Positions 9,717 to 18,648 of a stretch of 64,000 nucleotides of DNA are shown here, piece after piece. A program made the position numbers and the translations under genes. Origin of the DNA: Desulfomicrobium sp. (GTDB lineage Bacteria > Desulfobacterota > Desulfovibrionia > Desulfovibrionales > Desulfomicrobiaceae); contig JAXGMI010000002.1 of NCBI GenBank assembly GCA_040768745.1, forward strand, positions 704,001 through 768,000, read 5' to 3'. The notes beneath the pieces are model-generated. The model made no database searches. It saw only the letters and a list, made by a program, of their open reading frames with translations, and was not told the DNA's origin. How positions within the stretch are numbered: the first letter of the stretch is position 1; each line of letters begins with the position of its first letter.

Positions 9717-10097
9717 ATGGACGCCATCAATGTTCTCCTGATCGACGACGAAGAGGCCTTCGTCACCACCTTGCAGGAAAGACTTGAACTGCGGGGACTC
9801 AATGCTCGGGTGGCCCTTGACGGCAGGACCGGTCTGCAGATGATCGAAGCCGATCCCCCGGACGTGGTTGTCCTGGATCTGCGCATGCCGGGCATAAGCG
9901 GCACCGATGTCCTGCGGCGGATCCGCGCCCAGTGGCCCGGCATGCCCGTCATCATGCTCAGCGGGCATGGGTCTGACCAGGACTTCGAGTCTTGCATGAA
10001 CCTGGGAGCATCTGTCTATCACAAAAAACCGCTGGACATTGCCGTCCTGCTGGAAAGCATCCTGTCCGTGGTTCAGGGCCCGGTTCCAACCCTCTGA
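9717..10097 (+). CDS. Single-domain response regulator
   Basis: LLIDDE, LDLRMPG, MLSG, KKP. Confidence 0.92.
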   Translation: MDAINVLLIDDEEAFVTTLQERLELRGLNARVALDGRTGLQMIEADPPDVVVLDLRMPGISGTDVLRRIRAQWPGMPVIMLSGHGSDQDFESCMNLGASVYHKKPLDIAVLLESILSVVQGPVPTL

Positions 10098-10104
10098 GGT
10101 TCCC

Positions 10105-11244
10105 ATGGTCAATGTCCTAGTCGTTGATGACGAGCGGGATTTCGCCGACATTCTGTCCCAGCGACTCCAGGCGCGCGGCCTTGATGTGCGTGTCGCCTAC
10201 AGTGGGCAGGAAGCCCTGGATCAGACACGGCACATTCCGCCCGACGTGGTTGTTCTGGATGTGACCATGCCTGGCATAAGCGGACTGGACACCCTGGAGG
10301 AATTGAAGAGGATCAGCCCCCGCACCGAGATCATCCTGCTCACGGCTGATTCCACCGTAGGTACGGCCGTGAGCGGCATGAAGCTTGGCGCCGGAGACTA
10401 CCTGATCAAACCGGCCGATATCGACACCCTGGTCGCGGCCATTGGCGAGGCCGAGACACGTCGCATGGATGGATTGTCCCGGCAGCGCATGGCCGAAACC
10501 GCCAAGCTGGCCGCCCTGGGCGAACTGGCCACGGGTGTGGCCCATGAAATCAACAATCCCCTGCATGTCATGGTCAACGAGGTGGGCTGGATCGGAGAGC
10601 TTCTGGAAGAAGCCGGGATCGAAAAAAAACTGGGTGAGGAAATCCGTCAAGCCCTCCATCTGATCCGCCATCAGGCCCAACGCTGCAAGGCCATCACCTC
10701 GAAGCTGCTGACCTTGCGCCCGGTCCGGAATTCGCGGGCGTCCCTGACCACGCTCCCGTCGCTGGTCAGAGTCATCCTGGACCGGCGCAGGGACAGAATT
10801 GACGGTCTGGGGGTCACCACCCATGAGGCGTGGGGATCAGATCTGGGCCACGTTCCGGTCCCCGAGTCGGAATGGGAGCAGATCCTGGCCAACGTCATTG
10901 ACAACGCCCTGGATGCCATGGAGCAGGGAGGGGGAAACCTGCGCCTGCTCGGAGAGACCCAGGGACACGAATTGGTTGTGTCTGTCGGGGATTCGGGCTG
11001 TGGCATCGAAGCCCATCTGCTGACACGAATTTTTGAGCCCTTTTTCTCCACCAAGGACGTGGGCAAGGGCATCGGATTGGGGCTGGCAATCTGCCACAGC
11101 ATCATCGAGTCCATGGGAGGAACCATTTCCGTGCGCAGCTCGCCCGGAAACGGTTCGACCTTCACCATACGGGTGCCCGTGGCCATGCATGCGCAAAACG
11201 AACACACCAGGCCGGAACATCCGGCGTCTTCCAAGGAGGAGTGA
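10105..11244 (+). CDS. Cytoplasmic receiver-histidine kinase hybrid (REC-HisKA-HATPase)
   Basis: N-terminal REC (VVDDE, LDVTMPG, IKP), then VAHEINNP, DSGCG, GIGLGL. Confidence 0.92.
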   Translation: MVNVLVVDDERDFADILSQRLQARGLDVRVAYSGQEALDQTRHIPPDVVVLDVTMPGISGLDTLEELKRISPRTEIILLTADSTVGTAVSGMKLGAGDYLIKPADIDTLVAAIGEAETRRMDGLSRQRMAETAKLAALGELATGVAHEINNPLHVMVNEVGWIGELLEEAGIEKKLGEEIRQALHLIRHQAQRCKAITSKLLTLRPVRNSRASLTTLPSLVRVILDRRRDRIDGLGVTTHEAWGSDLGHVPVPESEWEQILANVIDNALDAMEQGGGNLRLLGETQGHELVVSVGDSGCGIEAHLLTRIFEPFFSTKDVGKGIGLGLAICHSIIESMGGTISVRSSPGNGSTFTIRVPVAMHAQNEHTRPEHPASSKEE

Positions 11245-11246
11245 AC

Positions 11247-11666
11247 ATGAACAAGATGAAGCTGCTGATCGTGGACGATGAGAAGGATCTGTGTCGTATT
11301 CTCGCGGACCGCTTGAATATTTTGTACGGCATCACCCCGGACATGGCCCACACGGGCGATGATGCCCTGGAGATGGTGAAGAAGAAAAACTACGATGTCG
11401 TGGTCCTGGACATCGAAATGCCCGGCATCGACGGCATCGAAACCCTGAAGCGAATCAAGGAGATCAACCCCAAGATCCAGGTCGTGCTCTTCACCGGACA
11501 CGGCAGCGACGAAACTCGCCGCATGGGTGAAGTCCTGGGCGCATTCAGCTACGTGGACAAGATCGACGGCCTGCCCAAACTGGCCCCCATGATCGAAGGC
11601 GCCTTCCGCCTGCGCAAGGTGCTGGAAGACACCTACGCCGACGCGGCCCTGAACGAGTACAATTGA
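11247..11666 (+). CDS. Single-domain response regulator
   Basis: LIVDDE, LDIEMPGIDG, FTG; RBS AAGGAGG. Confidence 0.92.
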   Translation: MNKMKLLIVDDEKDLCRILADRLNILYGITPDMAHTGDDALEMVKKKNYDVVVLDIEMPGIDGIETLKRIKEINPKIQVVLFTGHGSDETRRMGEVLGAFSYVDKIDGLPKLAPMIEGAFRLRKVLEDTYADAALNEYN

Positions 11667-11734
11667 GGTTTTGCGGCAATGTACAAAAATAAGGGGACAG
11701 TCCGGCAGGATGGTTCCCTTTTTCCTGCAATGTT

Positions 11735-11787
11735 CGCGTTGCCTCGAAGTCATCCCCGCGAAGGCGGGAATGACTTCGGGCAGTGCG
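11735..11787. repeat. REP/dRS3-like palindromic element (core GTCATCCCCGCGAAGGCGGGAATGAC)
   Basis: Near-perfect ~24-bp stem with a GAAG loop, between convergent genes. Confidence 0.7.
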
Positions 11788-11898
11788 TGGGCAGTGTGGG
11801 CTTGTGATCTCAACTCCATGCCTGCCCAGTGCGGTGTGGCTGACTTGAACCTGTCGGAATGAACGCCCCCCAGGCACTGAATTCCGTCTGCCTGTGGC

Positions 11899-12258
11899 CT
11901 AACCCTGACCCAGCAGCAGGCAAAGCCTGTCCATGGTTTTGATCCCGCTTTCGCGTCCGGGGTGTTCCGGCACTGAGCAGAGTACGCCCAGGCCCTCGCT
12001 GTCCTCGTGGAATGTCTCCTCGTCCATATCCGTGACGACCACCGTGTTGAGCATGGCGTTGACGCGCAGAAGATCCATCAGGAAGGACTTGTAATCCAAT
12101 CCCGGCGTCATGGCGTCGACCACGACGAGCTTCCAGGGCCTGCTTCCCGCCCGGCTCAGGACTCCGCCTGCGTCGGCGGTCCACTCGACGTCGGCTCCCA
12201 GGCCCTGCGCAAAATCCAGCAGGGCTTCCTTCCGGCCGGTGACAATGACCACCTCCAT
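11899..12258 (-). CDS. Receiver-like (atypical) small protein, last gene of the Orp-like operon
   Basis: RBS GAGGAGG; KLVVVDAMTPGLD resembles REC beta3; acidic pocket and conserved Lys not evident. Confidence 0.6.
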   Translation of the reverse strand: MEVVIVTGRKEALLDFAQGLGADVEWTADAGGVLSRAGSRPWKLVVVDAMTPGLDYKSFLMDLLRVNAMLNTVVVTDMDEETFHEDSEGLGVLCSVPEHPGRESGIKTMDRLCLLLGQG

Positions 12259-12330
12259 GTCTCCTCCTCGGTTGTGTGCGTGAAAAGGCCGGGTCCGCCG
12301 CGCACTGACGAACCAGGCCAGGGAGGATGG

Positions 12331-12708
12331 CTAGTGCCCGCCGCCGCAGGTGTATTCCTGGGTGAAGCGGACCAGTGCCCCTTTCAGCAGGGCCTCGACA
12401 GCCGTGCCCACATTGGGGGCGCCGGCGCCATAGAAGACGTCGATGCCCACCTGATTGAAGCCCATCAGCGGCCGCATGCCCATGCCGCCGGCGATGAGCA
12501 GGTTGACGCCGTTCTGGGCCAGGTGTTGGACCGGGGCCATGCAGCCGCCCTGCTGGTGGGGCACGTTGGGCAGGGTGCTGACCTGGGACACTGACCCGTT
12601 CTCCACGTCGATGATGGTGTACAGGTCGCAGTGCCCGAAATGGGCGCCGACTTCCGCTTCAAGTCCGCCAGGCAGGGCCGAGGGGACGGCGATTCTGAAC
12701 TTTTCCAT
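12331..12708 (-). CDS. NifB/NifX (MTH1175) family Fe/Mo-cluster-binding protein
   Basis: RIAVPS...AHFGHCD, HQQGGCM, LIAGGMGMRP; C-terminal CGGGH. Confidence 0.9.
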   Translation of the reverse strand: MEKFRIAVPSALPGGLEAEVGAHFGHCDLYTIIDVENGSVSQVSTLPNVPHQQGGCMAPVQHLAQNGVNLLIAGGMGMRPLMGFNQVGIDVFYGAGAPNVGTAVEALLKGALVRFTQEYTCGGGH

Positions 12709-12736
12709 GATGCTTCGATCTCCTTGTACGAAACGC

Positions 12737-13609
12737 TTATGATTGCAAAAGATCCATAATCCTGTGCCACGCATCCCGAATGTTCCGGGCGATCTCGCTA
12801 TCGGGGCCCTCGGTGACCGCCTGCCGGCGGACCATGGCCTCGGTGACCGCCGTGTCGTGGGGCAGACGGGCCAGCAGGACATAACCCTTTTCGGCGCACA
12901 TGGCATCTATTCGACCTGTATGCTCGGGATTGAGGTCGTGCTTGTTGACGATGACCGCGACCCTGGTGCGGAAATGCTCGCACAGGCTGGCGACCCGCTC
13001 CAGGTCGTGCACCCCTGAGGGCGTCGGCTCCGTGACGACCACGGCCAGGTCCGTCTGCGAGAGGGAGGCGATGACCGGGCAGCCGATGCCCGGTGCGCCG
13101 TCGCAGAGGATCAGACCCAGGCCGCGCTCCTCGGCCAGGGCGCGGGCCTCCTTCTTGAGGCGGGAAACCAGAAGCCCCGAGTTCTCCTGCCCCGCGAAGA
13201 GTTGGGCGTGGACCATGGGCCCGAAGCGGGTGTCGCTCAGGTAACGCTGCCCACAGTGCCGATCCGGGAAGTCGATGGCCTGCTCCGGACAAAAGGCCAC
13301 ACAGACCTTGCAGCCCTCGCAGCGCAGGGGGGCGACGCGGTAGACGTCCCCGTCCGGCTCGATGGCTTCGTACCGGCACATGGAGGCGCACAGGCCGCAG
13401 GCCGTGCATCTGTCGGAGTTGATGACCGCCTCGTGACCGGAAATGAAGGCCTCTTCCCGGACCACGGACGGGTCCAGCAGCAGATGCAGGTCGGGGGCGT
13501 CCACATCCAGATCGCAGATGACCCTGTTTGCGGCCAGATGGGCGAAGGCCGCGGTGATGGACGTCTTGCCCGTGCCGCCCTTGCCGCTGATGACGACGAT
13601 CTCACGCAT
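12737..13609 (-). CDS. MinD-like P-loop ATPase with inserted 2x[4Fe-4S] ferredoxin domain (Orp complex type)
   Basis: SGKGGTGKT, DLDVDAPDLHL, CTACGLC...C and CEGCKVC...CP, DGAPGIGCP, VTEPTPSG. Confidence 0.92.
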   Translation of the reverse strand: MREIVVISGKGGTGKTSITAAFAHLAANRVICDLDVDAPDLHLLLDPSVVREEAFISGHEAVINSDRCTACGLCASMCRYEAIEPDGDVYRVAPLRCEGCKVCVAFCPEQAIDFPDRHCGQRYLSDTRFGPMVHAQLFAGQENSGLLVSRLKKEARALAEERGLGLILCDGAPGIGCPVIASLSQTDLAVVVTEPTPSGVHDLERVASLCEHFRTRVAVIVNKHDLNPEHTGRIDAMCAEKGYVLLARLPHDTAVTEAMVRRQAVTEGPDSEIARNIRDAWHRIMDLLQS

Positions 13610-14471
13610 GCTCGTCCTCCTTGCCCATGGCCATCAGCTTCGCGGCCAGGCCGGCAAACAGCTGACCAAGACCTCGATCCATCTCGGCCAGCACGAGACC
13701 CCTGGAATAGTGTTCGGCGATGTCCCGGCGGTAGGGGATCTCGGCCAGGATGGGTAGCCCGTGGGCCGCGCAGAATCCGTAGACCCGGTCGTCGCCCAGG
13801 CCGGCTCGATTGAGGACCACGGCCATGGGTGTGCCGAAGGGCTCGAAGGCCTCCCAGGCGAGCTTGAAATCGTGGAACCCGAAGGGGGTGGGCTCGGTCA
13901 CGAGGACGATGACGTCGCTGTCGGTCACTGCGCTCATGGCCGGGCAGCTCACGCCGGGAGGCGCGTCGACGAGCACGTCTAGACCCTTCTCCCTGCTCTC
14001 GGCCCGCATGTGCGCACGCACGACGCGCATGAGCGGGGGGCTCATGGCCTCGCCCACGCGCAGCCGCCCGGTCATGCAGGGAATCCGCCCGCGCGAGACG
14101 CCGGACTCCATGACGCCGAGTTCGCGCGTGGCCGTGCCGATGGCCCCTTCGGGGCAGATGGCCATGCACCCGCCGCACCCGTGGCACATCTCGGGAAAGG
14201 TCATGATGGCCTTGCCCATGACAGCGATGGCCTTGAACTGGCACAGCTCCGCGCACTTGCGGCAGAAGGTGCATTTGGACTCGTCCACGTCGGGAACCTC
14301 GAGGGTCACGACCTCGGTCCTCGACACGTCGGGCTTCAGGAACAGGTGCAGGTTCGGCTCCTCCACATCCAGGTCCACGGCCATCAGAGGTCTGGGCCAG
14401 GCCACCGCGAGGGACGCGGTGACCGTGGTCTTGCCCGTGCCGCCCTTGCCGCTGGCAACGGATACGATCAT
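13602..14471 (-). CDS. MinD-like P-loop ATPase with inserted ferredoxin domain (paralog)
   Basis: SGKGGTGKTT, DLDVEEPN, CTFCRKC...C, CHGCGGC...CP, DAPPGVSCP, VTEPTPFG. Confidence 0.92.
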   Translation of the reverse strand: MIVSVASGKGGTGKTTVTASLAVAWPRPLMAVDLDVEEPNLHLFLKPDVSRTEVVTLEVPDVDESKCTFCRKCAELCQFKAIAVMGKAIMTFPEMCHGCGGCMAICPEGAIGTATRELGVMESGVSRGRIPCMTGRLRVGEAMSPPLMRVVRAHMRAESREKGLDVLVDAPPGVSCPAMSAVTDSDVIVLVTEPTPFGFHDFKLAWEAFEPFGTPMAVVLNRAGLGDDRVYGFCAAHGLPILAEIPYRRDIAEHYSRGLVLAEMDRGLGQLFAGLAAKLMAMGKEDEHA

Positions 14472-14479
14472 GGCATCAC

Positions 14480-15172
14480 CTATCTGTTGGGGGCGTCGGT
14501 GTACTCGACCTTGCCCGCCTTGAAAGCCTCCACCGCCTGGGCCACGGTCATCCCGCCCATGTTGTGGCCGATCTTCACCCCACCGCCCTTGAGGGCCGCG
14601 AAGGCCTTGGGGCCAACGCTGCCGGTCAGCAGCACCGAGGCCCCGGCGTTGATGATGTTCTCGGCCGCCTGGATGCCTGCCCCGTGGGACAGGGCCTGGG
14701 AACCGCCGTTGTCGACATAGGTCGAGGCCATGGTGTCGAGGTCCACGACGATGAAGCCGGCGGCGCGGCCGAAACGGGGATCCACGCGGTCCGTCATGTT
14801 CGGGCCCTCGCTGGTGATGGCGATCTTGGTCATACTAAGCTCCTTGCTGCGGGCCGCGGAACGGTCCGGATATTGGTGCATGCACGGCGTCTGGGCATCG
14901 TGGGCGATGTACAGAGCCAACCCGTCCACGAGAGACCGCGCCACGGCCCGGCGGGCGTCGCCGAGAATGCGGCCGAAGGTGTGCCGGGACACATGCATGC
15001 GGGCGGCCCCCTCTGCGGCGGTCAGGCCGTGATAGTCGGCCAGGCGCAGGGCCTCGAACCCGTCCATGGTCATGTAGACCTCGGCCAGTTCCTGCAGGGG
15101 AATGCCCTGGGGCTTGAAAAAGCGCGCCCTGGGGCATCCTTCGATCCGGCGGCATTTCCTGGGTCTCGGCAC
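14480..15172 (-). CDS. DUF134 HTH domain fused to a NifB/NifX 'Orange protein'-like domain; internal in-frame start at 14833
   Basis: GTG after GGAGGAGG; PRPRKCRRI...FKPQGIP...EALRLAD...SRHTFGRIL, then KIAITSEGP...VDPRFGRAAGF...GAGIQAA...GPKA. Confidence 0.88.
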   Translation of the reverse strand: MPRPRKCRRIEGCPRARFFKPQGIPLQELAEVYMTMDGFEALRLADYHGLTAAEGAARMHVSRHTFGRILGDARRAVARSLVDGLALYIAHDAQTPCMHQYPDRSAARSKELSMTKIAITSEGPNMTDRVDPRFGRAAGFIVVDLDTMASTYVDNGGSQALSHGAGIQAAENIINAGASVLLTGSVGPKAFAALKGGGVKIGHNMGGMTVAQAVEAFKAGKVEYTDAPNR

Positions 15173-15197
15173 GCCTCCTCCTTTTTGCTCAAATGAG

Positions 15198-15226
15198 CGC
15201 TTATTCCTCGGATTTCCTAGTGTCAA
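15198..15226 (-). promoter_or_regulatory. Candidate internal sigma-70 promoter
   Basis: TTGACA-17nt-TAAGCG, followed by palindrome GCTCATTTGAGC. Confidence 0.45.
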
Positions 15227-15437
15227 CACCCGGAGCGGGATTTCCCGGGGCCGTCACGTCGTCCACGCACGAACCGTCCCGCCGCGTGCGCCTCAGGCCT
15301 CCTCCGCCACGGCCGCCGCTGCCTGCGCCGGCTCCGACGCCTGTCCGCTGCCCGCGGCAGCCTCCGCCGCCCTGGCCGCGACCCGCTCCGCCCTGGCCAC
15401 GTCCACCTCTGCCACCTTGTCCTGATCGACCCGGCAT
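15201..15437 (-). CDS. Small Gly/Arg-rich protein (DUF5320-like)
   Basis: Strong RBS AAGGAGG before ATG; MPGRSGQGGRGG...; overlaps the 3' end of the upstream DUF134 ORF. Confidence 0.55.
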   Translation of the reverse strand: MPGRSGQGGRGGRGQGGAGRGQGGGGCRGQRTGVGAGAGSGGRGGGGLRRTRRDGSCVDDVTAPGNPAPGVDTRKSEE

Positions 15438-15811
15438 GTTCGCCCTCCTTGCTGTTTATGCGCACCGGAGACCCGGCCCTGGCCGCGGCCCTGGCACGCC
15501 ATGTTTGTCTTGTCCTGGCTTTTGACCTCCGGCGAATCCATCTCGATCCGGATGGCCCACCCCCTGGAAAGGGCACGGGCCACCTTGGCCCTGGCCCGCC
15601 CCAGGATGCGGCACAAGGTGGGACGGGATACCTGCATGAGCGTGGCCGCATCTTCCTGGTTCAACCCCTCGGCGTCGACCAGACGCATGGCCTCAAGTTC
15701 ATCCAGGAGCAGGGCCACGCCCTGCAGTTGGGTCATGGGCACCCCTTGAGGCTTGAACACAGTCACCTCCGGTGCCATGGACACGATCCGGCATTTTCTA
15801 CGTCTTCCCAC
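15293..15811 (-). CDS. DUF134 (UPF0251) family putative DNA-binding protein
   Basis: GTG after GGAGG; GRRRKCRIV...FKPQGVP...ELEAMRLVD.EGLNQE.AA..M.VSRPTL.RIL..AR.KVA.AL. Confidence 0.88.
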   Translation of the reverse strand: MGRRRKCRIVSMAPEVTVFKPQGVPMTQLQGVALLLDELEAMRLVDAEGLNQEDAATLMQVSRPTLCRILGRARAKVARALSRGWAIRIEMDSPEVKSQDKTNMACQGRGQGRVSGAHKQQGGRTCRVDQDKVAEVDVARAERVAARAAEAAAGSGQASEPAQAAAAVAEEA

Positions 15812-15822
15812 GCCGCCTCCAA

Positions 15823-15865
15823 TTGAAATTATGTTCAAAATATAGTCTCCACACCATCCTGTCAA
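15823..15865 (-). promoter_or_regulatory. Sigma-70 promoter with overlapping inverted repeat (candidate operator)
   Basis: TTGACA-17nt-TATTTT; TTGAA-N6-TTCAA at 15823-15838. Confidence 0.6.
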
Positions 15866-16009
15866 TACCCTGTCCGCATATTCTCGAGGCCCCCCTGCCG
15901 CGTGCCCAAAAAGATGAAAGGCCCAGGAAATCATCACAAGCTTGTGCTGGATTTGCGGACGGGACATTGGTAGCTGTAGGGTATTCTCCACCCAACATCT
16001 GGAGGTTGC

Positions 16010-16465
16010 ATGGATCCTCAGTATTGGCATTGGCTTGTCTTCGGCATGGCGCTCATCATTGCCGAGCTGTTTGTGCCGAGCTTCACCATCTTCTGGTTCG
16101 GCCTGGGTGCCCTGGCCGTGGGCGGACTGATCTGGCTCACTCCGACCTTGAGCCTGACCACGCAGCTCCTGCTCTGGGCTCTGTTTTCCGCCATGCTGAC
16201 GGCCTTCTGGTTTTTGGTCATGAAGCCTCGCATGGTGGACAAGACCCGGGCCGGCATGTCCAGAGAGGCGCTGTTGGGGGAGGTCGGTCAGGTCATCCGC
16301 GTGCCCGACGGCGAACGCCGCGGCCTGGTCCGCTTCACCAAGCCTCTCCTGGGATCGGACGAATGGTCCTTTATCTGCGACGAGCCTGTTCGTGTGGGTG
16401 ACCGGGTCCAGATCCGGGACGTGTCAGGCAACACCCTGGTCGTCGCAACCAAAACCAACAAATAA
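16010..16465 (+). CDS. NfeD family membrane protein (short type)
   Basis: WLVFGMALIIAELFVP...WFGLGA, C-terminal OB-fold with GNTLVV; precedes an SPFH gene. Confidence 0.9.
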   Translation: MDPQYWHWLVFGMALIIAELFVPSFTIFWFGLGALAVGGLIWLTPTLSLTTQLLLWALFSAMLTAFWFLVMKPRMVDKTRAGMSREALLGEVGQVIRVPDGERRGLVRFTKPLLGSDEWSFICDEPVRVGDRVQIRDVSGNTLVVATKTNK

Positions 16466-16484
16466 GCCCACAAGGAGATCCGCC

Positions 16485-17345
16485 ATGCTCACTCCGGGAC
16501 TGACTGTCGTCGTTTTTCTGCTCATCCTCGTCATCATCACCATTTCCATGGGCGTGCGCCTCGTACCCCAGGGATACAAATACGTGGTCCAGCGCCTGGG
16601 CAAATACCACACCACCCTGGCCCCGGGGCTGAACATCATCATCCCCTATATGGATAACGTGGCCTTCAAGGTGACCACCAAGGACATCGTCCTGGACATC
16701 CCCTCCCAGGACGTCATTACCCGGGACAATGCGGTCATCATCACCAACGCCGTGGCCTACATCAATATCGTTTCCCCGGAAAAGGCGGTCTACGGCGTCG
16801 AGGACTACCGCATCGCCATCCAGACCCTGGTCCAGACCTCGCTGCGGTCCATCATCGGCGAAATGGATCTGGACGATGCCCTGTCCTCGCGGGACATGAT
16901 CAAGTCCAAACTCAAGGAAGCCATTTCCGACGACATCTCGGACTGGGGCATCATGCTCAAGACAGTGGAAATCCAGGACATCAACCCGTCTGAAACCATG
17001 CAGCGGGCCATGGAGGAACAGGCTGCCGCAGAACGCGCCCGCCGCGCCACCGTGACTCGGGCCGAAGGCGAGAAAACGGCCGCCATCCTGCAGGCCGACG
17101 GGCGCCTGGAAGCGTCCCGGCGCGACGCCCAGGCCAAGGTCGTGCTGGCCGAGGCCGACCAGCTGGCCATCACCAAGGTGGCCGAAGCATCCCAGAAAGG
17201 CGAGCTCCCCCTGGTCTTTCTCCTGGGCCAGCGCTACGTCGACTCCATGCGCAAGATGGCCGAGACGGACAACGCCAAGATCCTGGTCCTGCCCGCCGAC
17301 CTGCCCGCCGCCGTGCGGGGGATCATGGGCACCCTCGGAAAATAG
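16485..17345 (+). CDS. SPFH/stomatin (Band 7) domain protein, QmcA-like
   Basis: VVQRLGKY...L.PGLNIIIP, QDVITRDNA, LRSIIGEMDLD, AERARRA. Confidence 0.93.
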   Translation: MLTPGLTVVVFLLILVIITISMGVRLVPQGYKYVVQRLGKYHTTLAPGLNIIIPYMDNVAFKVTTKDIVLDIPSQDVITRDNAVIITNAVAYINIVSPEKAVYGVEDYRIAIQTLVQTSLRSIIGEMDLDDALSSRDMIKSKLKEAISDDISDWGIMLKTVEIQDINPSETMQRAMEEQAAAERARRATVTRAEGEKTAAILQADGRLEASRRDAQAKVVLAEADQLAITKVAEASQKGELPLVFLLGQRYVDSMRKMAETDNAKILVLPADLPAAVRGIMGTLGK

Positions 17346-17373
17346 CAAAGGCCGGAGACTTTCCGGCCTTTGC
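17345..17373. terminator. Hairpin between convergent genes, probable terminator
   Basis: GCAAAGGCCGGA-GACTT-TCCGGCCTTTGC perfect 12-bp stem. Confidence 0.7.
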
Positions 17374-17424
17374 CTGCAGAACCCCTCGCGCAGGGGTTTT
17401 CTATCGCCCCGCACCCATGGAGCC

Positions 17425-18648
17425 TTACGTCCACAACCCCATGGCCGTCCGCAGATTCTCGTCCAGCCGGGCCAGGAACTCCTCGGTGGTCAACCAGCTC
17501 TGCCCGGGACCGACCAGAATGGCCAGATCCTTGGTCATGGCCCCGGACTCCACAGTGTCGATGCAGACCTTCTCCAGGGCCTCTGCAAAACGCACCACCT
17601 CCGGGGTCTGGTCGAACGTACCGCGGTACCAGAGACCCCGGGTCCAGGCGAAGATCGAGGCGATGGGGTTGGTGGAGGTCTTCCGCCCCTGCTGGTGCTC
17701 CCTGAAATGGCGGGTCACTGTGCCGTGGGCCGCCTCCGCCGCGACGGTGCTTCCGTCCTCGGTCATCAGCACCGAAGTCATCAGGCCCAGGGAGCCGAAA
17801 CCCTGGGCCACCGTGTCCGACTGCACATCCCCATCATAGTTTTTGCACGCCCAGACAAAGCCTCCGGACCACTTCAGGGCGGAGGCCACCATGTCGTCGA
17901 TGAGGCGATGCTCGTAGGTGATTCCCGCCTTCTGGAACCGGTCTTTGAATTCCGTTTCGTACACTTCCTGGAAAATGTCCTTGAACCGGCCATCGTACTT
18001 TTTGAGGATGGTGTTCTTGGTCGACAGATAGACCGGCCAGCCGAGGTTCAGCCCATAGTTCATGCATGAGCGGGCAAAACCGCGGATGGATGCGTCGAGG
18101 TTGTACATGCCCAGGGCGCAGCCGGAACCCGGGAAATTGAAGACTTCGAAATCCTGGGCCGGACCTCCGTCGGCCGGGGTGAAGGTCATGGTCAGCCGGC
18201 CTGGGCCCGGCACCAGAAAATCCGTGGCCTTGTACTGATCCCCGAATGCATGACGGCCAATGACGATGGGCTTTGTCCAGCCCGGCACCAGGCGGGGAAT
18301 GTTGGAGCAAATGATGGGCTGACGGAAAATCGTGCCCCCGACGATATTGCGGATGGTGCCGTTGGGCGAACGCCACATCTTTTTCAGATGGAACTCCTTG
18401 ACCCGTGACTCGTCCGGGGTGATGGTCGCGCACTTGACGCCCACCCTGACCCTCTTGATGGCCTCGCCCGCCTCGATGGTCACCCTGTCCTCTGTGGCAT
18501 CGCGGTTCTGCACCGAAAGGTCGTAGTACTGAAGATCGATCTCCAGATAGGGCAGAATCAGCTTGTCCTTGATGAACTTCCAGATAATCCTCGTCATTTC
18601 ATCCCCGTCGATCTCGACGACGGGATTTTTCACCTTGATTTTGTGCAT
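17425..18648 (-). CDS. icd: NADP-dependent isocitrate dehydrogenase (homodimeric, eukaryote-like type II)
   Basis: [48 protein letters not shown]. Confidence 0.97.
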   Translation of the reverse strand: MHKIKVKNPVVEIDGDEMTRIIWKFIKDKLILPYLEIDLQYYDLSVQNRDATEDRVTIEAGEAIKRVRVGVKCATITPDESRVKEFHLKKMWRSPNGTIRNIVGGTIFRQPIICSNIPRLVPGWTKPIVIGRHAFGDQYKATDFLVPGPGRLTMTFTPADGGPAQDFEVFNFPGSGCALGMYNLDASIRGFARSCMNYGLNLGWPVYLSTKNTILKKYDGRFKDIFQEVYETEFKDRFQKAGITYEHRLIDDMVASALKWSGGFVWACKNYDGDVQSDTVAQGFGSLGLMTSVLMTEDGSTVAAEAAHGTVTRHFREHQQGRKTSTNPIASIFAWTRGLWYRGTFDQTPEVVRFAEALEKVCIDTVESGAMTKDLAILVGPGQSWLTTEEFLARLDENLRTAMGLWT

